Shown here one piece after another: positions 56,671 to 64,000 of a stretch of 64,000 bases of DNA. Source of the stretch: Myxococcota bacterium (GTDB lineage Bacteria > Myxococcota_A > UBA9160 > UBA4427); NCBI GenBank assembly GCA_965250285.1, contig OZ252299.1, forward strand, positions 4,128,001 through 4,192,000, written 5' to 3'. How positions within the stretch are numbered: the first letter of the stretch is position 1; each line of letters opens with the position of its first letter. The position numbers and the translations under genes are program-made. The notes under the pieces are model-generated. The model made no database searches. It worked only from the letters and a program-made list of their open reading frames with translations, and was not told where the DNA came from.

Positions 56671-58331
56671 ACGCCCAACCCACCGCGCGACGCACGGGTC
56701 GCACGGCGCAGATCGCCCGCGTCGTCTGTGGCGCTCTCGGGCTCGCCTCGGCGCCCTTCGCCGCGATGCCCGCCATGGCGGCTCCCGATCAGCCGAACGT
56801 GATCATCTTTCTTGCGGACGATCTCGGCTGGTCGGACGTCGGCTACCACGGCGAAGAGGTGATCGAGACGCCTTCGCTCGATCGGCTCGCGGCAGAGGGT
56901 GTTCAGCTCGATCGCTTCTACACAACGCCGATCTGCTCCCCCACGCGCGCGGCGCTGATGACGGGGCGCGACCCCATTCGACTCGGCGTCGCCTACGGCG
57001 TGATCATGCCCTGGCACACCAACGGCATTCACCCCGACGAACGCTTCATGCCCGAGAGCTTCCGCGATGCGGGCTATCAGACGGCCATGGTCGGCAAGTG
57101 GCACCTGGGCCATGCGCAAAGCACCTATCACCCGAACGAGCGCGGGTTCGAGCACTTCTATGGCCACCTCCACACCGAGGTCGGGTACTTCCCGCCCTTC
57201 GCGAATCAGGGCGGTAAGGACTTTCAGCGCAACGGCGAGTCGATCAGCGACGAGGGCTATGAGACGTTCCTGCTGGCCGACGAAGCTTCTCGCTATATCC
57301 GTGAACGAGACCCCGAGAAGCCCTTCTTTCTGTACGTGCCCTTCATCGCACCGCATACGCCACTCGACGCGCCCGACGATCTGAAGGCGAAGTACGCCGA
57401 CATGGACGACGACCGCAAGGCGGCGCGCAGCAAGAACACCGACCAGTCACGCCAGATCGCCAAGCTGATGATGCGCCCGAGCGCCCGGCCGATGTACGCA
57501 GCCGTCGTCGACGCGATGGATCAGGCCGTCGGCCGAGTGCTCGACACGCTCGATGAGCAGGGGATCGCCGACGACACGATCGTCCTCTTCTTCAGCGACA
57601 ACGGCGGCGCAGCCTACGCGACCGGCGGCGCCGACAACGTGCCGCTGCGGGGTGGCAAGGGCGAGACCTTCGAGGGCGGCATCCGCGTCGTTTCGGTCAT
57701 GCGCTGGCCCGATCAGCTCGAAGCAGGAACGAAATTCGAGAGCATCATGAGCGTGATGGACGTCTTCCCGACTCTGGCTGCCGCGGCCGGCGTCGACCCG
57801 CAGCCGAACTTCGAGCTCGATGGGAACGACCTCTGGGCCGCCATTCGGGAGGGCGAACCGGCGCCGCGCGACGAATACGTCTTCTTTGCGTCAGAGACCC
57901 CGATCCATGGGCGCTTCAGCATCACGGCCTTCGACGACGAGTGGAAGCTCGTTCAGCAGATCGAGCAGGGCCTGCTGTCGGCCGACGTCGAGAATTACCT
58001 GTTCCGCATCTCCGACGATCCGAACGAGCACAACAACCTCGCCGACAAACACCCCGAGGTCGTGCAGAAGATGGCGGAGGCCATTCACCACTGGCGAACC
58101 ATGTACCCGGTGGCCGGCACCCGGCACGAGCTCGTACCGCCGCCGGGCTGGCGAGCCCCGAAGGACTGGGTCGACTATCCCGTGCCCGTCGAGGATCTCC
58201 AGGATACGCCCGCCCCCGGCATGCCCCCGCCGTATGCCCTGCGGCCGCTCGACTGGCAGCACGGAGAGGTCGGGCGTCTCATCTACGACTGCGAGCCCTA
58301 CGCCTGGATCGGTGGCGGCCTCTGCAAGTAG
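56667..58331 (+). CDS. Secreted formylglycine-dependent arylsulfatase
   Basis: Signal peptide, PNVIIFLADDLG, CSPTRAALMTGR, GKWHLG, SDNGG, GKG..FEGGIRV. Confidence 0.95.
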   Translation: MNAQPTARRTGRTAQIARVVCGALGLASAPFAAMPAMAAPDQPNVIIFLADDLGWSDVGYHGEEVIETPSLDRLAAEGVQLDRFYTTPICSPTRAALMTGRDPIRLGVAYGVIMPWHTNGIHPDERFMPESFRDAGYQTAMVGKWHLGHAQSTYHPNERGFEHFYGHLHTEVGYFPPFANQGGKDFQRNGESISDEGYETFLLADEASRYIRERDPEKPFFLYVPFIAPHTPLDAPDDLKAKYADMDDDRKAARSKNTDQSRQIAKLMMRPSARPMYAAVVDAMDQAVGRVLDTLDEQGIADDTIVLFFSDNGGAAYATGGADNVPLRGGKGETFEGGIRVVSVMRWPDQLEAGTKFESIMSVMDVFPTLAAAAGVDPQPNFELDGNDLWAAIREGEPAPRDEYVFFASETPIHGRFSITAFDDEWKLVQQIEQGLLSADVENYLFRISDDPNEHNNLADKHPEVVQKMAEAIHHWRTMYPVAGTRHELVPPPGWRAPKDWVDYPVPVEDLQDTPAPGMPPPYALRPLDWQHGEVGRLIYDCEPYAWIGGGLCK

Positions 58332-58370
58332 CCGAGCGACGGCGCGCGGCGCCGAGTCAAGGGAGACGAC

Positions 58371-59141
58371 ATGGCTTCACTGCAGCGAGAGACGAGCACG
58401 GACGGGGTCTGCACGCTGACCCTCGACCGCCCCGAGCGCAAGAACGCAATCGACTTCGACCTGGCCGACGAGCTCGATAGGGCGCTGCATCAGGCCGAGG
58501 CCGATGCGGGCGTGCGCGTCGTCGTACTGACGGGCGCGAACGAGACGTTCAGCGCCGGGGGCGATCTGGGAGGCGGCGGCGACGAGGGCCACATGATGTC
58601 GACGATGCGTCGCATCACGGCGCCCGCCCTCACGCTCCATCACTTCTCGAAGCCGACGATCGCGAAGGTCGACGGCACCGCGGCCGGGGCCGGGTGGAAC
58701 ATCGCACTCGGCTGCGATCTCGTCGTTGCGAGCGACCGCGCTCGCTTCTGCCAGATCTTCGCGAAGCGAGCGCTCTCGGTGGACTACGGAGGCACGTGGC
58801 TCTTGCCGCGGCTCGTCGGCCTCCACAAGGCCAAAGAGCTCGCGATGCTCGCCGAGTTCGTCCCGGCCGAAGAGGCACATCGCCTCGGGCTCGTCAATCG
58901 AGTCGTGCCCGCTGCCGAGCTCGACGCCTTCGTCGACGACTGGGCGAGCCGACTCGCCGCCGGCCCACCCATCGCTCTGTCGCTCACGAAGCGCATGCTG
59001 ACCGATGCTTCGTCGCGCACGTTCGACGATGCGATCGACGCCGAGAACGTCTCGCAATCGGTGAACATCGCGACCGAGGATACGCGCGAAGGCCTCACCG
59101 CGTTCTTTCAGAAGCGCGCGCCCGTCTTCAAGGGGCGCTGA
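58371..59141 (+). CDS. Enoyl-CoA hydratase/isomerase family protein
   Basis: TLDRPERKNA, FSAGGDL, KPTIAKVDGTAAGAG, DYGGTWLLPRLVG. Confidence 0.93.
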   Translation: MASLQRETSTDGVCTLTLDRPERKNAIDFDLADELDRALHQAEADAGVRVVVLTGANETFSAGGDLGGGGDEGHMMSTMRRITAPALTLHHFSKPTIAKVDGTAAGAGWNIALGCDLVVASDRARFCQIFAKRALSVDYGGTWLLPRLVGLHKAKELAMLAEFVPAEEAHRLGLVNRVVPAAELDAFVDDWASRLAAGPPIALSLTKRMLTDASSRTFDDAIDAENVSQSVNIATEDTREGLTAFFQKRAPVFKGR

Positions 59142-59186
59142 AGCCGAGCGGTGCTCGTCTCGAGCCGCGCCCGAGCTCGGCTCGGA

Positions 59187-59822
59187 TCACATCGCGGGCA
59201 CAGCTCGCAGGATGATCTCGGTGCGACGGTTGCGTGCACGGTTCTCGGGCGAATCGTTCGGCACGAGCGGGGCGAAGGGACCGCGCGAGACCGCGCGCAG
59301 TCGCGTCGGATCGACACCGTTCTCGGAGAGCTCACGCACGACCAGGGCAGCGCGTGCGCCCGCAAGCTCCCAGTTCGTGGGGTAGCGAGCGCGCAGGCTC
59401 TTGCCCACCGGCACGTCGTCGGTGTGACCCTCGACGAAGATGATCGCGTCTTCGTCCTTGATCTGACCGGCGACGCGCGCGATCAACGAGGTCCCGGTCT
59501 CACCGATCGTCGTGCCGCCCGAGCTGAACAGCAGCTCGTCGGAGACACCCAGGCGGATCCCGTCGACGACCTCCTGGATCGTGATCTGACCGGCTTCGAC
59601 CTCCGACTGCAGCTCGCGGACGAGCTCACCGTAGGTGCTCTTCATCTCTTCGTTCTCGGCCCGCAGGCTCTCGAGCTGACCCGCGATCTCGGTCTGCTCC
59701 GCGGCGAGCGCATCGCGCTCGGCTTCGAGCTCGTTGTACTTGCCCGAGGAAACGCAGCCGATGGACGTCACGGCCGTCAGCGCCACGGCGAAAGCGAGAG
59801 AAAGGATCTTTCGATGATGCAT
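59187..59822 (-). CDS. OmpA/MotB-like peptidoglycan-binding lipoprotein
   Basis: Lipobox IGCVS, coiled coil, EGHTDDVP, NWELAGARA, RARNRRTEI. Confidence 0.92.
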   Translation of the reverse strand: MHHRKILSLAFAVALTAVTSIGCVSSGKYNELEAERDALAAEQTEIAGQLESLRAENEEMKSTYGELVRELQSEVEAGQITIQEVVDGIRLGVSDELLFSSGGTTIGETGTSLIARVAGQIKDEDAIIFVEGHTDDVPVGKSLRARYPTNWELAGARAALVVRELSENGVDPTRLRAVSRGPFAPLVPNDSPENRARNRRTEIILRAVPAM

Positions 59823-59989
59823 GTCAGGACCTCCAGGCCGGGACGATGCCACTCCTCCAATCGAGCGCAACGCCGGTGGGTGTTGATCGTGACCCGAGTC
59901 ACCCCCGACTGCATCACGTCGATCTCTGAGTGGGGGCGTTTCGCGTCGCCCGCGTGGGCCGCGCTAGGCTCTTTTGCCCTGGAGGCTTC

Positions 59990-61195
59990 ATGCAAGACCC
60001 GATCGAGCGCTGTTTCTCGCCCGCCCGTGTGCGCGGTCTCACGCTGCGCAATCGCCTGATCAAGGCCGCCACCTCGCTCGGCATGAGTGAGAACGGGATC
60101 CCCGGTGATCAGCTGACGCGAGTCCACGAACGCATCGGCGAGGGCGGGATCGGGATGACGACCCTCGCATACTGCGCGGCCGAGAACGATGGGCGGCTGC
60201 ATGAACACATGCTCTACATGCACGAAGGCATCCGCCCCGAGCTCGAACGCCTGATCGGCCGAGTGCATGCGACGGGCGCAGCCGTCTCGGGCCAGCTCGG
60301 TCACGCAGGTGCATTCACGAAGAACAAGCAGCTCGACGGCCGCCGGCCGCTCGGCCCGAGCCGCGGTCTGAACAGCCTCGGGGTCGCGGCGGGCATGCCC
60401 TTCGCCGGTGCGCTCACGATCCCGCAGATTCGCGAGCGGGTCGCGGTGTTCGCCGAGGCCGCGCGCTTCATGAAGAGCGTCGGGTTCGACGCGATCGAGA
60501 TTCACTTCGGCCACGGCTACGGAATCAGCCAGTTCATCAGCCCCCGCACGAACAGGCGCAAGGATGCCTACGGGGGCTCGCTCACGAACCGCATGCGCTT
60601 TCCCCTCGAGGTGCTCGAAGCGGTGCGCGGCGCTGTGGGCGACGACTTCCCCCTGCTGGGCAAGATCAGCATGCACGACGGTGTGAGCGGCGGCATCGAC
60701 TGGGACGACTCGGTCGAGATCGCGGCCTTGCTCGAGCAGAGCTCGCTCGATGTCATCGTCTGCAGCGGCGGCACGAGCAGCATGAACCCGATGATGCTGT
60801 TTCGCGGCGACTCGCTGTACCAGGGGATGCTCGAGAACGAGACGAACCCGATCATGCGCCTCGGCCTGCGCCTCGTCGGGCCGCGCCTCTTTCGCGACTA
60901 CCCCTACGAAGAGCTCTTCTTCTTCGATCACGCCCGCCGCATTCGCGACCGGGTGCAGTGTGGGGTCTGCTACATCGGTGGCGTGTGCAGCACCGAGAGC
61001 ATCGCGAACGTCATGCAAGCCGGCTTCGACTTCATCCAGCTCGGACGCCCGCTGATCTACGACCCCGACTTCCCGAAGCGCGCCGAGGCCGACCCAAAGC
61101 ACGTGAACGGATGCAGCCACTGCAACCGCTGCGCCACGCTGATCGAGGCCCCGGGCGGCGTGCACTGTGTCGAGCGCCCACGCAGCCTCGAGTAG
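59990..61195 (+). CDS. NADH:flavin oxidoreductase (old yellow enzyme family)
   Basis: LRNRLIKAAT, QLGHAG, GFDAIEIHFGHGY, NRRKDAYGGSLTNRMRF, CSHCNRC. Confidence 0.93.
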   Translation: MQDPIERCFSPARVRGLTLRNRLIKAATSLGMSENGIPGDQLTRVHERIGEGGIGMTTLAYCAAENDGRLHEHMLYMHEGIRPELERLIGRVHATGAAVSGQLGHAGAFTKNKQLDGRRPLGPSRGLNSLGVAAGMPFAGALTIPQIRERVAVFAEAARFMKSVGFDAIEIHFGHGYGISQFISPRTNRRKDAYGGSLTNRMRFPLEVLEAVRGAVGDDFPLLGKISMHDGVSGGIDWDDSVEIAALLEQSSLDVIVCSGGTSSMNPMMLFRGDSLYQGMLENETNPIMRLGLRLVGPRLFRDYPYEELFFFDHARRIRDRVQCGVCYIGGVCSTESIANVMQAGFDFIQLGRPLIYDPDFPKRAEADPKHVNGCSHCNRCATLIEAPGGVHCVERPRSLE

Positions 61196-61242
61196 AGCTT
61201 CGACGGGCGATTCGTCGGCGCCGCGCGACCGTGTCACCCCGC

Positions 61243-62130
61243 TCAGGCGTCATCGCGGACGCGCTCGAGCGTGGACCGACCGATCTCGGCGTGGGCGGGA
61301 TGATCGACGAGTCCGGTGTCGAGGAGCACGGCCCCGAAGAGGACGGCCCAGCCCCTGGCCCGCGCAACGGTGGCGGCGTCGACGCCACCCGCGGATGCGA
61401 TCGCGCGCTCGCGCGCGCGACGCGTCCCAAGGAGCATCCAGATCGACGCGAGATCGGTCGCACGGTCTCCGGCCGCAAGGTCTCCCCAATCGATCACCGC
61501 CCGCAGTCGACCATCGGTCACGAGGACGTTTCGAGGGTGGAGATCGCCGTGCAGCCAGGTGCGCACGGTATCGACCGGGGCCGCGAGCGCGTCGCGCCAC
61601 ACGCGACCGACCGCCTCGTCGACACACTCGACTCTTTCGGCCAGCCGCGCGAGCCGCTCTTCGACGGCGTCGCGACGCGCGGCGAGCGGAACGCCCCGAA
61701 CCGGGTTGAACGGAGCATCCGCAGGCGCCGCGACGTGCAGCGCGGCGAGGAGGGCACCGAGACGCTCCGCCTCTTCGTCTGCGAGGGGTGCGATGTTCGC
61801 CGTCTGCCCCTCGAACCAGGGCACGATGCTCCAGCGCCACGGGTGTGCGGCGTCGCCTTGGCCGACCCGCACCGGCGCAGGCACGTCGACGGGGAGCATC
61901 GACGCGAGCACGGGCAGCCAGCGCTGCTCGTGCTCGATCAGCTTCGCGGCCGCCGCTCGGCGCGGAATGCGCATCACGAGCCCATCGCCGACGCGCACCA
62001 TCGCGTTGTCCCAGCCCTCGCCCGCGAGGGCCAGCGGCATCTCGGCCAGGTCGGGGTGTTGACGCTCGAGGAGCGTGCGCGCCAAGTCGGTGTCGACGTC
62101 GATCTCGGCTTCGGGCGTGCCGCGGGTCAT
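61243..62130 (-). CDS. Aminoglycoside phosphotransferase family protein
   Basis: GWDN, RIPRR, EQRWLP, WLHGDLHPRNVL, IDWGD. Confidence 0.9.
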   Translation of the reverse strand: MTRGTPEAEIDVDTDLARTLLERQHPDLAEMPLALAGEGWDNAMVRVGDGLVMRIPRRAAAAKLIEHEQRWLPVLASMLPVDVPAPVRVGQGDAAHPWRWSIVPWFEGQTANIAPLADEEAERLGALLAALHVAAPADAPFNPVRGVPLAARRDAVEERLARLAERVECVDEAVGRVWRDALAAPVDTVRTWLHGDLHPRNVLVTDGRLRAVIDWGDLAAGDRATDLASIWMLLGTRRARERAIASAGGVDAATVARARGWAVLFGAVLLDTGLVDHPAHAEIGRSTLERVRDDA

Positions 62131-62261
62131 GGCCAAAGGTTGCCACGTCCCTGTACGAGTTCCATCCAGCTGGAGGCGAGGCGCGCGTGCGACACCCAAC
62201 GGTGTGCAAACTCACGCAGTTCGCGCGATTCGCCGATGAACGGTGCAGGGAGGAGCCTGGC

Positions 62262-63383
62262 ATGGTGCCTGGGTCCGACACGTCACCGCCTCGTTCTGGA
62301 GGCGAGCCCTGGCGCTCGAGCGACGTCACGCAGCTCGAGCCCGGGATGGATGCGCGCCTGCGCCGGATCGTGCTGCTCACGGCGGCATGTGTCGCGACCG
62401 CCCTGTCGGGCACCTTCTGGCTGATCGGCGCCGCCAAGGACGTATCGTCCTCTGAGCGCGTGATCGTGCCGATGCTCACGCTGCTCTTCGGCACCGTCGG
62501 TCTCATCACCTGGCGCGGCCATCTTCGCCACGCCGAGCTGCTGCTGCTCTCGGTCGGCGGTGGCGTCCTGATCGAGCGAGTCCACTTCACGACGATGCAG
62601 GGCCGACCCGGCCTGATGCCGATCACCGACGCCTACGAGCTCTTCATCTGGTTCCCGTGCGTGTTCGTCTTCGCATTCCTGCTGCTCGAGCGGCGGGAGG
62701 CCATCCTCTTCAATCTCGCCGTGCTGGGCGGCGGCATCTTCGTCGTTCGAGACTGGCTCGTGCCCGGCGGCGAGATCTACCACGCCGATCTGAGCGAGTT
62801 CTTCATCGGCCTGCTCGGGTGCGCGGGCATCCTCTACGCGTTCGCCTACATGCGCGAGCGCTTGATCGACACCCACCGGATGGCCGTCGACCTACGCGCA
62901 TTCGCCGAGACCGACTTTCTGACGGGCATCGCGAATCGGCGCGCCATCACGACCCACCTGGAGCGCGAGATCAAGCGGGCGTCGCGCGATGCGACACCGC
63001 TCGCCGTCCTGCTCTTCGATCTCGACCGGTTCAAGCGGATCAACGACGGGTACGGCCATGACGAGGGCGATCGCGCGCTGCGGCGGGTGAGCCTCGTCGT
63101 CGACCGTGCGCGGCGCGACACCGACTTCTTCGGCCGCTGGGGCGGCGAGGAGTTTCTGATCGTGGCGCCGGGCCTCGATCTCGATCGGGGCGAGCAGGTC
63201 GCCGAGCGCCTGCGCGGCGTGATCGAGGCAAGCGCAGCTGGCGGCGCCATCGCCGTCACCGCCAGCTTCGGGGTGAGCGAGTACCGCTTCGGCGACGATG
63301 GCGCCAGCATGGTGAAGCGGGCCGACGAGGCGATGATTCGCGCCAAGGAATCGGGGCGAAACCGCGTCTGCCGCGAAGCGTGA
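62262..63383 (+). CDS. Membrane-bound diguanylate cyclase (GGDEF)
   Basis: Several TM helices; TDFLTG..NRR, DLDRFKRIND.YGH..GD, RWGGEEF with an RDTD I-site; start 62262 or 62346. Confidence 0.93.
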   Translation: MVPGSDTSPPRSGGEPWRSSDVTQLEPGMDARLRRIVLLTAACVATALSGTFWLIGAAKDVSSSERVIVPMLTLLFGTVGLITWRGHLRHAELLLLSVGGGVLIERVHFTTMQGRPGLMPITDAYELFIWFPCVFVFAFLLLERREAILFNLAVLGGGIFVVRDWLVPGGEIYHADLSEFFIGLLGCAGILYAFAYMRERLIDTHRMAVDLRAFAETDFLTGIANRRAITTHLEREIKRASRDATPLAVLLFDLDRFKRINDGYGHDEGDRALRRVSLVVDRARRDTDFFGRWGGEEFLIVAPGLDLDRGEQVAERLRGVIEASAAGGAIAVTASFGVSEYRFGDDGASMVKRADEAMIRAKESGRNRVCREA

Positions 63384-63486
63384 CGAGCCTCGCCGAGACG
63401 AACGCGCAGCGAGTCAGCTCGCCATCAGGTGAAGCGTGACGAGCCTCGCCGAGACGAACGCGCAGCGAGTCAGCTCGCCATCAGGT
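63375..63486. repeat. Perfect 56-bp tandem duplication spanning two convergent stop codons
   Basis: 63375-63430 is identical to 63431-63486. Confidence 0.95.
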
Positions 63487-64000
63487 CCCGAATCATCGCG
63501 ATCGTGTCGCCGACGGTAAACCAGAGGATCGCGACCAGGATCGCCGGGACGACGAAGCGCAACAGCACGCGCCAACCGAAGAGCAAAGACGCGAAGCTCG
63601 ACCCCTCTGACGCCTCTTCGAGGGCGTTCGGCATGAACCAGCCGACGAAGAGGGAGAGCATCAACCCACCGAGGATCAGCAGAAGGTTGCCGCCGATCTG
63701 ATCCATCAGGCCGAGCACGTCCAGTGAGAACGCCGCCGGCACACCGAGCAGCGCAATGCCCGCGCCACACGCGATCGCGGCACTGCGTCGGCTCACACCG
63801 AGCGAGTCGATGGCCGACGAAACGACGACCTCGAGCAGCGAGATCGCGCTCGTGAGGCCGCCAACGAGCAGGGCGAAGAAGAACGCAACGCCCACGAAGG
63901 CGCCCACGCCGCCCATCTGACCGAAGGCGCCCGGCAGCGTGATGAAGAGCGCGCCCAGCGTGCTCGCACCGACGTCTTCTTGCAGGCCGAGCGCGAACAA
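63470..64000 (-). CDS. Sodium-dependent transporter, NSS/SNF family (C-terminal part)
   Basis: LFITLP.AF, FF.AL..GLTSAISLLE, LFVGW, RFVVP. Confidence 0.9.
   Translation of the reverse strand: MFALGLQEDVGASTLGALFITLPGAFGQMGGVGAFVGVAFFFALLVGGLTSAISLLEVVVSSAIDSLGVSRRSAAIACGAGIALLGVPAAFSLDVLGLMDQIGGNLLLILGGLMLSLFVGWFMPNALEEASEGSSFASLLFGWRVLLRFVVPAILVAILWFTVGDTIAMIRDLMAS

Noticed and set aside
59187..59822. Flagellar stator motB
   Set aside because: Lipoprotein signal instead of the MotB TM helix with conserved Asp; no motA neighbour
61243..62130. Antibiotic resistance gene
   Set aside because: Generic APH-fold kinase with no mobile context; substrate cannot be inferred

Overview
High-GC (roughly 68-70% by eye), gene-dense bacterial chromosome segment with about 55 CDSs. 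I found no rRNA, tRNA, CRISPR array, transposase or prophage. Gene content is dominated by lipid, terpenoid and aromatic-type catabolism: acyl-CoA dehydrogenases, three enoyl-CoA hydratases, an Atu-like acyl-CoA carboxylase cluster, a Baeyer-Villiger monooxygenase, an F420-type LLM oxidoreductase, TauD, a sulfatase, a four-subunit 2-oxoacid:ferredoxin oxidoreductase and three TetR regulators. Envelope proteins (SCO/PCuAC, cytochrome c, OmpA/MotB lipoprotein, Myxococcus-type Cys-rich repeats, C-terminal sorting signals) suggest a diderm Myxococcota/Deltaproteobacteria-like host (inference). Most notable observations: (1) five operon junctions are spanned by tiny bridge ORFs that overlap the upstream stop and the downstream start by ATGA/GTGA at both ends, three with an identical 38-nt offset, alongside three tandem duplications of stop-codon regions; (2) a three-gene unit encodes a giant surface-anchored PhoX-like/EEP double phosphoesterase, a monoheme cytochrome c and an HtrA-like protein with Thr at the catalytic Ser position; (3) CysK-glutaredoxin and WS/DGAT-TerB-like fusions; (4) a tandem 119-bp nested-hairpin element. 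Start codons were refined by eye, and family assignments come from motif recognition, not database searches.
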